From Hydrolagus affinis (taxonomy: Eukaryota): 64,000 nucleotides of DNA. Of this stretch, positions 26,711 through 39,960 are shown one piece after another. A program made the position numbers and the translations under genes. Under the pieces are notes generated by a model. The model saw only the letters and a program-made list of their open reading frames with translations, was not told the DNA's origin and searched no databases. Each line of letters begins with the position of its first letter. Within the stretch, counting starts at the first letter, position 1. The stretch spans positions 1 to 64,000 of the forward strand of contig JAAILG010000398.1 in assembly GCA_012026655.1 (NCBI GenBank). Reading direction: 5' to 3'.

Positions 26711-28424
26711 TTCTAGTCTTATTGCTTGAATCTCAAGGATATACTATAAATTTTATTACTCTTTTTCTATGGACATTTTTTTCAATTATCCACAACACCA
26801 CAATCAGGTGTTGAAGGATTGTATGTGTTAATAATTGATGGAAACATCCTTTTCAGTGCACCTTCATTTCGACACTAATGACACACTAATGGGTTGGCAG
26901 AGAGGTGGGGGGAGTTGGGAGTGGGTGGCTGGTTTGTGGGAGTTTTTAGGATTGTATTATTGTTGCGCAATCAATCCATTAAACAGTAGATGCAAATAGG
27001 TGAAATAAAAGCAACAACATCTTATTTCTTGATGATACATTTTACTGGGAGCAGTACATAGAAATGAAATAAAATAGTTACATGGTTTCTCAAATAGATT
27101 TTGAATAACCTTCTACGATTGTTGCACAATTGCAGTTAGCTCGAGGAGCTTAATACAGCGGTTTCATACCCACTTGTTATCCCAGGGAAATGTGGTGGAG
27201 ATCGGTAATGACATTCATTCTTGGGGCACTTACATTACAAGCTATTATTAATTGGGATCAGCACAAGTACATTTAATGGTATTTGTTTAATAGGAACATT
27301 TGCAGTATTGCCTTGCCATTCCCATTATTGAAGCTTCTAATGAATCTGCATAATCGTGATTTAAAGAGGCGACTGCCACATAGATGCTCGCTGGAATCAC
27401 AACGAATCATTGAACACAATATAATCATTTTCCATGACAACACATTTTCATCTATCATATGCAAAGTAGGTCTGTGATTCTGACCTAATGTTAAATGCAC
27501 ACTCTACAATCAAAAATGGTGTTGAGAGGTTCTTCAACTTCGGAGAGACACCATTGTGTAGTGGATGGTTCTGACCTCCGCTGTATTTGTTAGGGGCTAT
27601 ACTGATATTCACTATGGTTATGGTGAGTTTCAATTTGGATAATAACTGAGGCCATCACTGAAACAGTTGGCGTGGTGTCATATACGAATAAAAGGAAAAT
27701 TGTATAAGGTAATAATACAAAATATTCAGTGTATATCTGTCTTGACTTAGATTAATAGAGTAGGTTACCAAATCTGTAAACACCTTATTGCAATTGTGTT
27801 TTGAAACCGAATAGCCTCTCCTCCTGATTAATTTCCAATCTGTTTGTGTGAAGCAGATGATACCAGAGTTTGATATTTTTTATTGTAATAGAGCTGTAGG
27901 AACTACCAACACTTGAAATATTGTACACTCACTCAGATCTGCTTTTACTATGCTGTTCCATAAAATTGAATCTGGCAAGGCTTTGCAAGCTGCCCTTTTG
28001 AAAATAGTCTTCTCCTTCATGAGAAGTGAAATTATGATTGGAAACAAAGGATGTAACATATATATAAATATAAACTGTAATTACAGCTACTTAAGCATTT
28101 TAGAAATAGTTTGTGCTATTTCTACAGCAGTCTACCCAGTCAACATTGAAGCAATACTCGTAATCAATCTACACTTGTGCATTCCATCTGCAACACATCT
28201 GAGTGTTTGCATTTCATCTCCAATATATATTCCCTCTCCATGTGCCTTTTTCTCTCTCAGATGTGCATTTTGTTAATTAAGGATCACATTTCCATCATCA
28301 GCATGTAATGTATGAAGAATTGGTCCTGCAAACCAATTGGAGTGTGCAGTGTGGCTGTTTTATGAATCTATCTTTTTAATCCTTGAATTTAAAGTAGATT
28401 GTAGTTGTACCTTGCACATTACCA

Positions 28425-28672
28425 ATGCTCTCCCGACGTGAAAAGCGCTCTATAAATGTAACTTTGTGGCCAAAACGCGGCAGCCAATTGGGCACAACAG
28501 TTTCCTACAAACAGTCCTGGATTGAAGTGACCGAATTATTAATGCTTGTTTTTGAGGGATTATTATTAGGTGTGTGGAGCAAAGAAACTGGCCCAGATTT
28601 CGTCCTGCCTGCAATCGAACCCATGTCTTTCACTTATAATGTGAGTGCTCTAATTTCTGAGCTACAGGACTT
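28425..28672 (-). mobile_element. tRNA-derived SINE lacking its tail, abutting a plus-strand L2 tail (28426-28466)
   Basis: SINE head on minus (ctgagctacaggac, atcgaaccc on +). The left end is ctcccgacgtgaaaagcgctctataaatgtaacttt, an L2 tail on +. Confidence 0.85.
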
Positions 28673-29829
28673 CACAAGGTCGAGGATGACAAGAAGGCAG
28701 AGAGGGGTGGGTGGGGGGGGGATGGTCCAGCAGGGCATGGAGGGATCTATAATAATAATCTTACTAGTATTATTAATATTAATAATAATAATACTAGGTG
28801 ATATCATTCTTCATCTTGGGACCATCAAGCTATTAGATCTGAAACAGATCTCAAACACTTGGTGAAATCTGCTCAGTACACAGATCATGCAAAATAGCTG
28901 TTTATATACCCTCATTGTGAATACTGCATCAATAGAATTGTTGTTTAATCTGAATGTCATTTAACTTATACCTCAACTTTTCTTGCTGACAACGAGAACA
29001 ACCTTACATTTTCAAAAGCAATTGCAAAAGCCAAGACATTTTGGCAGATTAATTATTGACAGACACTGTGTTTAAGTACTCTGTCTTTAACTTGCACTAC
29101 TGTATGTTTAAGTGCTGTTTCAATGACACTTAAAAATTGAATAAATCACGTAAAGAACATCTATCTAGAATTAAGTAGAAAACAGCTGTCATAACAGCAG
29201 CATGCAGAGATAAAATGCATCGTTGTGACTTAGATAGAAATCTTACCCAGTGTCTTTTTTAAACATTTAAAATGAGCTATTCTCTGGAAAACACTATAAA
29301 TATTCAACACATGAAATAGTTTCAAGAGTTTTTTTTTTTACAGTTTAGAGGTACGGTAGGGTTAGAATGATAGGCACCTATCGATCTTTAGAGTCAACAG
29401 GTACATTAATTGGTATGACTATCTGAGAATAACTGAAATCGAGTTAATTTATTTGTGAGAGACTGACATAGGTTCCAGGTGTGGGCCAAATGACATTAAG
29501 CAGAAGGAAATCGTCATGGTTCTAGTACATCTGAGATTTGTTTTGGTGATGAATACTACAGTGTAAACATGTGTGCCCACTGTACTATAGCACCTCACCA
29601 CTGTGTCTCAGGGAGATCTAGTTCCACCTGGACTGGTCCTTTCTGATTATCTCATTTGCATTTCAGAGCAAAATAAATTTGGCAAATTTTCAAATTCAGT
29701 CTTAAATTTTCAAGTGGGTTCTCTGTAATTCTTTGTTGTTTTAAAAAATAAAACGTGGAAAAGAGATGCAACAGCCTGAAAGAAAATAAAACACTTAATT
29801 ATAAAGGTCAAAACTATTTTAGTGTTAAC

Positions 29830-30152
29830 ATTGTCGACATCCTCACTCCTCAATCCACCATCTAGCACCTCTGCTCGACTGGCACCGTCTCCTGCTTGTC
29901 GCTTGTCCCTAGCACCCTCCGCCCCACTATTGGAGGTCACGCTTTGAGCAACTACACCCCAAAAGTCTGGAAACCTCTCACTCAATCCCTCGCCTTGCTC
30001 CTTTCCCCCTTTTTCAAGTACTGCCTGAAAACCTTCCCTTTCGACCATGTTTACGGTTGCCTCCCCCATCCCTGGCTTGGAGTCAGGCTTGGCCACTGCT
30101 CTAAGACGCTACCTTGCTTTGGAGGGCGTTACATACGTGCGAGTTCTTGTTG
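29830..30152 (+). mobile_element. L2 3' region
   Basis: ggaggtcacgctttgagc..ccccaaaagtctggaaacctctc (GRAFS..APxxWNxL-like), ttcaagtactgcctgaaaaccttcc (FK..LKT), ending ggagggcgttacatac..ttgttg. Confidence 0.85.
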
Positions 30153-32157
30153 ACATACTTTACACTTCATGAAGGTTAAGATGGTCTGAAACATAACTTT
30201 GCAAAAAGGTAAGAATAAAACTTAAAATTACAAATGCTGTGTCCTTATGGGGTTCTTTTTCCTGACAATAGTAGCCTCTCCCTGAGAAATGTAAAGCAGC
30301 AGTGAAAGTACTGTATATAGGATACTGGAGAAAACATACATACTAGTTAAATCTGATTGAGACTAATGCACCTCATTAGCTGACAAGTGTTACTGCCACA
30401 AGGGGCCCAGGGCATTGATGCATTTAAAATTGGTATTTGGCAATTCTCAAGGGGAATGCAAATATTGTGCCTGTTTTGTGTTGTACATTCTGTAATGTCC
30501 CATTTTCAAAATGACCAGTGGTTGTTAATGCACTGACTATTTTTCTACTCTCTCTCTTCCTTATAAATGATCAGATTTTTCTCTCATTATATCGAGGGAG
30601 GTATTTTTTCCCCTTATAGTTTACCAGGATTCCAATAAATATGGAAACACTGAGAACCTTCAGTCAATATTCGAAACTGTAATCCCTAAATAGTCAATTT
30701 TCTTAAGTGCTATTCCAAATGAGATTTTATGATTGTTATAGATTTGCTTCCAGTTTCAACCACAAAGATGTCCGAATTTAAGAATGAAATAGAACCAACT
30801 AGTAAATTGCTATTTTCCTATAACAGTGATCTCATTTATTATTAATACCAACATTAGTTCAGTTCTGTAGGGGGAAAATATCACTGCATGTGTTGTACAG
30901 TCCAAAATGAGTAACCTGTCTAAACCACAGACTAAAAATAATTCATTAAAATGTCTCATTTTGGATTAAGATATCCATGCTGATAAATGTTCTAAAAAAT
31001 CCTAAGGTTCTTTGCCATGTTAAATGAATGTTTTTGTTTCATGCCTTCTGCTTTATATTAACATCCCTGAGAAATGTTCATAAGATCCTACACAGACATA
31101 TTAACAAATATGTTTTCCATTAGTTATTCCGTACAATTAGTTAGTTCTTATTCCATTTGTTTACCAACTATCAGACTTATTTAGTGATTAGAAGCTACTT
31201 TGGGCTTTTGACTACAAGTGTGATCCCTTTACGACTTTTAACATTCTTCGTTGGACAACCATTGTCTTCTCCACATATCTCTATATATGTAATCCTTGCA
31301 TTTCATATTGCATACTATCACGTCTATAGTAGCTGATAGATTTCTAACTCATCAGGTGCTCACCTGGAAACATGACAACAAATACAACTATTTTGCTTTT
31401 TGGTGGTTTAAGATAAACTTACGCTCCTTTGGCTAGATCCCTAGCTGATGTGCTCGGAGGCAATTTCATCAATTCAGCCTGCCAATGAAAACAGAATCTT
31501 AAAATACCTGAACCTAATTAAATGTTAACCATTCTGTGGGTAGAGAACATGTTTTTAAACTATGTAGATCAGATTTTATGATGAATATTTAAGCACTCCT
31601 CAGTGCACTGTATTATTAATTTTCTGCATGCTGCACTAAGTGGTTTTTGAACAACAATGCATTGAAAATCTATTAACTGAGCATCAGCATACCTTCTGCA
31701 ATACACCTGGGTCTCAAACTGAACTGAGCTCAATGTTGATTATCATTCTCCCTCACTACTGCATTTCTAATTACAAGGAATCAGGCATCACATTATAAAA
31801 CATGAAAGCCAATATGATGGAACGGCTTCAATGGCTTTGATGAGAGACAAGTAAATTTCTGGATGGAACACTTCATCTTAGCTGAAAGGGTCATGCAGGA
31901 CAGAGGTACATGAATGCATTTGTTTTGTCAGATCTTCTGTTACATGTTATAGACCATTTTCGCTTCTCAGTTGAAATCAGGGATGTATGAAGAGGGTTAG
32001 TTTCAAGGGTACTCTGCAGTACTTTATCCAAATGATTCTTCTTCTTGTGAGAGTCTCTACAGAGAGAGCTATCAGGCTGTTGGCTGAGGTTGGGGAGGGA
32101 ATTAGAGCCATGTCCAATGCTACCCATGTATCCACCATGTGCATTTTCCCCGAGGAG

Positions 32158-32175
32158 GGTCACTAGATGGCAGTG
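32158..32175 (+). promoter_or_regulatory. CTCF-like motif
   Basis: ggtcactagatggcagtg matches the CTCF core CCACYAGRKGGCRS except at the first C. Motif match only. Confidence 0.45.
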
Positions 32176-32582
32176 AAAAGACAGAACAATGTTTTATTTC
32201 TCCCTCTGAAGCCTGGGGTCATAAAGGCAGCTGTAGTGCAACTACTCATTTCCTGCCTGAGATCAGCATAGTCAGCAGGGATTAAGACCAGACGGACTTT
32301 ATACATATGTGTGGTTTAGTACAATATCAGTCTTCATAGATTTTTAAGCTTAACAGTCAGTGCATAATCATCAAGAAGCTTTGTTGGTTCAAATAAACTA
32401 TAGTCGGATGTGTATATATATATTATTTTCCTGTTCCAAATTTCATGTGACTTTCCTGATTTGTTCTGGAAGATTTGTCTTGACTCCTGTTGTTGTAAGT
32501 GATTGATTATGATGAATAAATCAATTCAATAACCGTGTGGCAGAAGGATTGATTTGGTATTGCATCTAACTCTCCTTAGTTC

Positions 32583-32695
32583 ATAATAATAATCCTTGCA
32601 TTTTATATCGCGCTTTTCATGTCTTCTAGACATCTCAAAGCGCTTCACAGAATATATCGTAAAGTGAATTGACTGTATATTTGTGGGCAAAATGG
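32583..32695 (-). mobile_element. SINE 3' tail
   Basis: ataataataatccttgcattttatatcgcgcttttcatgtcttctagacatctcaaagcgcttcacag. Confidence 0.9.
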
Positions 32696-34424
32696 ATGAA
32701 ATAATCAGAGTGATTCTGAACTGCCGTACATAATACTGCTCAAAAGCAGTTACGAGCATAGTTATGAAGTAGTAGTTATGTAGAGCACACTGCAGCAAAA
32801 GTACATACTGTTTACCTTATTTATGTTGTGTTTATACTACTAGGGACAAAATTGTTTCTGAACTACTCGTACTGTTCTATATTACTTCAAATCAGGGTTA
32901 TACAGCACAAAAGCCCTATTGCAGTATTCTGCACATAACCCCCCGGGCTCTTCTGGCGGTGATAGGCAAACTGCCTTTGTTCTAATTTATCTTGTTGATT
33001 TCAGATATCTTTTCAAAATAGACAAAGATGATCCTTTCACACTATTCCAATGCAAAACAATCGTCACAGCTGGCAAACATGATACAGCCCCAGTCTTTTA
33101 TTCTTCTCCTCTGAAGATGCAACGCTGAAGATGCGTAGAAACATGGCAACGCAATCTCTAGGATATGATGGTTGGAAGTTATGTTGAGAGGCTTGTAAAA
33201 TGCTAATAGCAATGGAAAACAGAAATGGAAAGCCGGTTGGAGTGTGAAGGAAAAAAAGAGAGTGCACAAAAATAAAATTAGCAAGCCTCAAGCAAGAGTT
33301 GAGATAACATGGTTTTCTTCACTGCTACTATTGAGTAAAGGAAAAGTGGAATAAACATATCAGCTAAAACAGGGGATGCTGTGTTGATTAACACCTGTAA
33401 AAAAAAATGAGGAACAGGATCAAGAACCATAAGGAAAATTACAGATAAAGATTGTTGAATGCGTGGGGGGACATGAATACTCCCAGCTGTTGGAAACTAT
33501 GATGCCCATGCCTTTTAATTTTCTGAGAAACAGATGTTTAAGTAATTTGAAGTCTGAAATTCTATCCCCACTTTCAATCCATAGATTCATTTTGTCCCCA
33601 AATTAAAGATTGTCCTATCCGACTACGTAAAACCTGTGCAAAGCGGGCTTAACTGTTGCATGTGGTACCGAATCTTAGTCGAAAAGGGCTTAATCGGCAT
33701 TTCGTTTGCCCCCATGTTCGAAAGCTTAAAATATGAGCAAATCTTGCTGACAAAATACATTAATACAACAGCCCTAGGAGTAGGTCCAGGAAATGAAAAC
33801 AGATAGATTGTGACAGGTGCCATCTTTTCACTGTAGTCACTATTTTCAGAGACAGCAACCTAATGAAGGAGCAGTGTGGAGATGGCAGCAGCTACATGAC
33901 AAAGATTCCATAGATCAGTATCAGTATTGGTGAAAGGAGCTCTGAGGCCTCATCTTCAGACTTTTGCGCCACTTTAAAAGCAGACATCAAGATGCATTTC
34001 TTTAGATTACACTCAATATTGATAATATTGTTACTTCCGAAGTTTAAGCACCAGGCGACTCACTTGCGTCAAGTGTGCCCAAAGGAGTACTTCAATTTTG
34101 GGGCTGCCTTATCTCTGTTTGGTTGCTGAGAAGCAGAACGGGAGAGCAATGAGTTTTTCTGATTGTCCATGTAAAGTAAATGCAATATTAAATGAGACGG
34201 GAATTTGCTTTGCCAGATGCAGAAGTAAAAATACTACAAAATAAATTATAGTGTAGGGAACATGGACACATATCAATTGATTCCTGCACCATTTTCTAGC
34301 AAAACTATATCTGCTAGAGGGAAGTGAGCCAGGACACTGTATTGCTTGATCCTATCTGATGCACCATAAACTTATTATTCCCTTAAACTTGAAATCACAC
34401 AGCTCTCAGACACTGGGAGCAACA

Positions 34425-34620
34425 ATAACAACAATTTGAACTTATACTGCATCCTCCACACCTGGTGGCATCTCAAAGCACTTAATAGTGATGGAGCCTG
34501 ACTCCAAGCCAAGGCAGGGTTGGGGGGAGATGGCCGTAAGCACAGTTGAAGAGGAAGGTTTTCAGGCGGGAATTGAAAAGGGGGCAAGAGGGGACAAGGT
34601 AGAGGAGTAGAGATTCTTCC
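34425..34620 (-). mobile_element. L2 3' end
   Basis: aacaacaatttgaacttatac...gcacagttgaagaggaaggttttcaggcgggaattgaa; reverse-complement homolog of 29990-30152. Confidence 0.8.
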
Positions 34621-34799
34621 CGCTCAGCTCCTGTTAACCCTGGATCCAAAGCCCGAACTGGAAGTTTTTATACGGAGCAATATCCTAGCTGGAAATGGTC
34701 GTACAGTAAACTTATCAGACAGTGTTTGTATAACACTGACATTGATAAACATTTCACACTTAAGGTGTGAGATTAATAGATATAGGTATTCTATTGCAA

Positions 34800-35054
34800 C
34801 ATCAGAAAAGTTGCACCCAATTGCACACAGCAGTGTCCCACAAACAATCATGCATTGAGTGGCAAAATAATACTAATAATTTTTTTAACGTAATTATCGC
34901 CTCCGGAAAATTATCTGCCTATCGTCTGACAATCAGATTCCTACTTACTTTGAGGTAAACAGAGCTGTGGAGTAAGGAAACTTGCCCAACGTTTTGCCCT
35001 GTCCTGGCGAGTGCTTTCGAGGCGAGTGCTCTAACCACTAAGCTACAGGAGTCC
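34800..35054 (-). mobile_element. tRNA-derived SINE, long-central-domain form
   Basis: Same head and tail as the common SINE, plus an extra ~70-bp central segment shared with the copy at 63530-63965. Confidence 0.85.
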
Positions 35055-35774
35055 ATTAGGAATAACTATTGTTGATTGCCAGTGGCTGGAATGGAAATTA
35101 AATAATGTTGCCACTAAAGGGGAAGTGAAGCTTTGCAGATTGTTCTTTGGGCTGCATCGAGGATATTGAGAACTTTCTCAAATCAGTTGGTGTTATTTGA
35201 AACAACAAAACTTGGTCCTATTTCAATGAACTGAATTGAAACATCAGATCTAATTTAGCTGTTCAATAATATGAAGACATGACCCAAATAGAGGTTTAAT
35301 TTGGTGCAGTGCAGGATGCCCCTCAGTAACTTTGCATCACTTTCATATTTATCATCATGAACACAAAACGGATTTGTTTTCCTAAATACCATTGCACTTT
35401 CCTTGATTCTCTGCAAGCAGCAATTTTTATTCGATTTAAACTTAACAGCGTTTTTCATGTTTTTCATTAAAATGCCACTTTTATGGTATCTTGTTACACA
35501 AAATTCAGTTCTCTATAAAACGATAGATATGCAGCCTTTACGCACAAGGCTTTGCAATCACTTTCGGGTTTCAATATGTCCAGTGCCAGGTTAGAAGTCA
35601 GATTTGTTGTGTTAATTATGACTTGCATTTTGTGAATATCCGATTGCAAGATTCGCCAATAGCGAAACCTGAATCCCCCAGCCAGTAAAGTCTCAAAAAA
35701 AAAGGCTGGAGAGTAAAACACTCAAAGCAGCCATTTTCCCCCAAAGCCTTTTCTTCACAGTACAGTGATACACA

Positions 35775-35822
35775 TGTACATGTATATAGTGCTTTCACAT
35801 TGGGAGGACATCCCAAAGTGCC
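35775..35822 (-). mobile_element. Ultra-short L2 3' tail
   Basis: tatatagtgctttcacattgggaggacatcccaaagtgc. Confidence 0.75.
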
Positions 35823-36084
35823 TAACAATACTGTCTGGACACTCACGCTGGGGGATGACAGCCAGCAGGGGTGTGGAGGAAAAAGATGACTGAAAGAGAT
35901 AAATATTGCGTTTCAGATCTTAATATGCTGCAATATCACTTAATTATGTGATGCAGTGGTACAGTTGTGTACTAGTGTACACACGGCAGATCTCAAGATA
36001 ATTGTGAAGATAGAAGATTTTCAAATCCAACATGCGAACATGTTGTAATAAGGAACTATTGCGATGTACTGACATTATGCCCTA

Positions 36085-36255
36085 TAATAATCTCTCGAGA
36101 AAAAAACCAATAATAAATTAATCACTTCAATCTACAGACTCTTTGTGGGACATTGCTGTATGCAATTAGCTGCCAGGTTTCGCCCACAACTATTCACTCT
36201 ACCATACTTTCTGTGAAGTTCTTTGAGATGTCTAGATGTAAGGATTATTATTACT
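36085..36255 (+). mobile_element. SINE 3' part
   Basis: ataataatctctc...tttgtgggacattgctgtatgcaattagctgcc...aaggattattatta. Confidence 0.85.
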
Positions 36256-36959
36256 ATATGCAACTGCCAGCAGATTGTACCTGAAATTAATGATTGTAAA
36301 GATATTCTGTAGTTACTTCTTTAGGTCAATCTATGAACTGCATAATTGCAAAATAACTTTGTGATCTCGAAAGTAATCATAAAGCTCTGGCTTCTGACAA
36401 ATTATGATGAGGTTGCACTGGAGCTTTGGGTTTGAATGAAATGCTTTCATTATTTAAGCTGCTATGACATAATGTCACAACATATGTATGGAGTGTGCTA
36501 AAAATGATAAATCACTGTCATATTTCATCATAAAATTAATTTGATTGAAACAAAGTAATAGTGCCCCGCTATGCCATGTCAAATAACTTGAATTCACATA
36601 TCTGGCTAGGTTATGAAACCTTTTTCACCCCATTTGTATGTATAAATATTATATGGTTAGCTTTCTTTACATTATTTAAACCCACTACTTCAAGTAATTG
36701 AGATTATTTCATTTAAAATGTGCAACCTAGAGTCTTGCAATTTATCATCATCTAATGTATTTAAATAAATATATAGGAATTCTGATCAATTATATATGGG
36801 AACTACAGCATTGTGCTTTCATTCTGTCTTCTGCGCATTTGTTTGCTAATCCAATGACTTTTTTTGTTCTATTACATTTACATACTGCATTGCATTATTT
36901 TTTAATGGATTCAAGTGCAGTGTGGCATCACTCCTGAACAAAATGCATTTTTGGAGCTT

Positions 36960-37262
36960 AATAATAATAATCCTTCCATTTGATGTAGTGCTTTTCATAT
37001 CCCCTAGACATTTCAAAGCGTTTCACAGAATATACTGTAAAGTGAATTGACTGTGTATGTGGGCGAAACGTGGCAGTCAATTGTGCACAGCAGTGTCCCA
37101 CAAACAGTCGTGGATTGAAATGACCATTTTTTTTTATTTTTTAGGGATTACTATCAGGTATGTGGAGTAAGGAAACTTGCCCAGGGTTTCACCCTGCCTA
37201 GAATTGAACCCAGGTCTCTCGCTTGTAAGGCGAGTGCTCTAACCACTGAGCTACAGAACTCC
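36960..37262 (-). mobile_element. Full-length tRNA-derived SINE (short form)
   Basis: Minus strand has A-box TAGCTCAGTGG, anticodon arm CTCGC-CTTACAA-GCGAG (TAC, Val-like), B-box GGTTCAATTC, CCCTGGGCAAGTTTCC, an L2-type stem-loop tail and (ATT)n. Confidence 0.95.
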
Positions 37263-38762
37263 ACAGCTTGTGTGCAAGTGTGCAAAAATCCGGAATAAAT
37301 AACCAGTTCCTCAGCAGAAGACCTTGCTTTTCTGCTTGGCCACTTGTTCTGGTTGCTCCTTATTCCCTGTGGTATCATAGCTGTCAGTGGAAGATGAACT
37401 GGAGTGCAGCCATAATATTGGCAGAGTTTCTGAATCCAATAATAAAAGCAGACGTTTCTGAGAAATCTCCCCAAGATGCATACTCAAACTATAATCTATA
37501 TTCTTATCAAAACACTTATTTTATCACTGGTCCTGGATAGATCTATGATGCTTGGGGTATTTGAAGAAATACGCTGCCTCATTTAGGTCCAGTTTAACTG
37601 AAGCCTGTTTAATAGGTTATTCGGTTTTATACTTCATCAAGAACAGTGTGAATAAAAACAATGCTAAATATCATATGCTTTCCCCATCAAGGGAAGCAGC
37701 TTCAAAAAGTAGAACAGAAAATTATGTTATGCACCATCTTTAATATCTTTAATTAAAATAAGAGGTTCAATATTTTCAATCTTCTGCTTCTACAATACTT
37801 GTTTATTCCGGCTACATTATAATCTTGCGTAAAGATCTAAAATGGTGGTTTGATAAATGCAAAGTATGATAGTCATTGATTAAGAAATTGATGAAGTTGA
37901 TAAATTGAAGGACACCATACGGGAAAGAAAATTGATAAGAGATGTTAAAACACACACTTGACAATTCTGTAAGAAAGAGACGCAGACATTTTTTCCTAAT
38001 TTGCACAAAAATAGTTTGTTGATAAACTTTAAAAGGAAAAGACTGCTGCTCACACCACCACCTCTGCATAAAACACAGCACCATCTACAGTATGTGTAAG
38101 GCACCAATATTTGTAGAAAGAGAGGGGAAACTTCTTGATACATTTTATTTGATCGATGTCTGGGTAGCCTAACATAACATTATTGTCTCAATTTTGATAG
38201 GGAAAATGCCTTTATGTGGAAATTTTTTAAAAAAATTGTCTCCTTCTTGAACGATCGTTTAATCCTTCTGCACTGGAGCAGGAGCTAAGAGCATGAGCAC
38301 ACTGGCTTCTGGAAGTGAGTAAACTGGCAAGAAGGTAGTAATGCACTACAGGGAAATATCCCCAATTCAATGCTTTCAAGTGCTTCTCTATACATAACTC
38401 CCAAAACAGGATTGCATTCTAATTTTTCCGATTGTTTGTTGAAGAAAAGACTCGTAATCTCTTTCGAGTCAGGAATCCAGCGAGTGAACAGATCTGTCTA
38501 CAGAATTTCCACTTGTCTCTTTTCATTTGTATCCTTTACAACCTGAGTCCTTTCCTTCGAAGTGCACTGTGGAGTCCTATATCAAATTCAAGGATTATTA
38601 TTATTATTATGAATAAAATAAATGTATGCATACACAGGCTTAGGCATGCTTGTGTCCATTGTAAAGAGCATTATCATCATTGGAGGTACCAAAATTTATC
38701 AGTGCGATTGATGTGCATATGGAGACCTGATGATGGTGTGTATTGTGTATGTGTGCGCATAC

Positions 38763-39066
38763 AATAATAATCCTTCAGTTTCATGCAGCAATTTTCACGT
38801 CATCTAGATGTCTCAAAGCACTTCCCAGAATTGACTGTACAGTGAATTGACTGTCTATATGTGGGCAAAATGCAGCAGCCAATTGCGCACAGCAGTGTCC
38901 CACAAACAGTCGTTGACAGGAGTGTCCAAATTATTATTGGCTTTTTTGAGGGATTATTATTAGGCATATGGAGTAAGGGAACTTGACCAATGTTTCACCT
39001 ACTGGGAATTGAACGCAGGTCTCTCACTTGTGAGGTGAGTGTTCTAACCACTGAGCTACAGAACTC
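38763..39066 (-). mobile_element. Full-length tRNA-derived SINE
   Basis: Colinear with 36960-37262. Confidence 0.93.
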
Positions 39067-39265
39067 TAGTGTATGTGTTTGCATAAAAACTTGCAATAAA
39101 ATATCGAATCAAATCAATTAACACCACTAGAAAAGATATCTGCCTTAAACTGCTTAAACTTACAGTTTCACAGTATGGTCTCCTCTGTTGCTGGTTATAT
39201 CAGGAATTCAAATTGCTTACAAAGCTGATGTTAACACTTTTAAATACGGTAAGCATGTTTCTGTT

Positions 39266-39331
39266 AAAGCGCTCTGAAAAGCCGTCCAGCGTGGAGGGCG
39301 CTATATAAATCAAACTTGTTGTTGTTGTTGT
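39266..39331 (+). mobile_element. Ultra-short L2 3' tail, second subfamily
   Basis: agcgctctgaaaagccgtccagcgtggagggcgctatataaatcaaacttgttgttgttgttg. Confidence 0.8.
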
Positions 39332-39686
39332 TTCTCTCTGTCTACCACCTGGAGATAAAACAGCAATGTTGACAATTGACTGGAATCCTTACACCCATTT
39401 CTACACCTTTTTTGCCCTTGTCGATGGCAAGGTAATTTTTTTTATTGATATGTTGAAAATCAATAAACACTCCCACAGAGCTGCTGATGATTTTTTAGAA
39501 TTCTTGACTATTTCTGTATTGGTCATACAGAATCTCATACAAAATCGGTTTTAGAGACATGCACTGAATGCGAGTTGATTCAGTCCAGTTTAGATTTGTT
39601 TGCGTTTTTGGTGGCATTATACCCCATTACAGTGAAATTTGCATTTAATTTTTTAATTGTCGCATCAAAAATTTAGTGATAATTGT

Positions 39687-39960
39687 GGAGTCCTGTAGCT
39701 CCTTAAAAGCGAGAGACCTGGGTGCAATTCCAGGCATGGCGACACCTTGGGCAAGTTTCCTGACTCCACACACCTGATAATAATCCCTCCAAAAAAAATT
39801 GGTCATTTCAATATACGACTGTGGGGCACTGCTGCATGCAATTGGCTGCCATGTTTTGCCCACATATATACAGTCAATTCATCTTACAATATATTCTGTG
39901 AAACATCTAGAAGACCTGAAAAGCGCTATATCAAATGCAAGTATTTTTATTATTATTATT
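39687..39960 (+). mobile_element. Near full-length tRNA-derived SINE
   Basis: ggagtcctgtagctc...gcgagagacctgggtgcaattccaggc...ccttgggcaagtttcc...aaaagcgctatatcaaatgcaag(tat)n. Confidence 0.93.

Noticed and set aside
28425-28865. 146-aa ORF with a hydrophobic C-terminus
   Set aside because: Antisense read-through of a SINE plus (ATA)n low complexity that gives the poly-Ile stretch.
29710-30153. ORFs of 128 aa (-) and 85 aa (+)
   Set aside because: Both lie over a decayed L2 3' region.
33594-34104. Possible old MITE with ends ccccaaattaaag / cttcaattttgggg and CpG-rich subterminal DNA
   Set aside because: Only about 13 bp of imperfect inverted match and no convincing internal symmetry or TSD.
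37190-37262. tRNA-Val gene (likewise at ~44040-44115 and ~63895-63965)
   Set aside because: These are SINE heads: there is no proper acceptor stem and they run directly into the SINE body.
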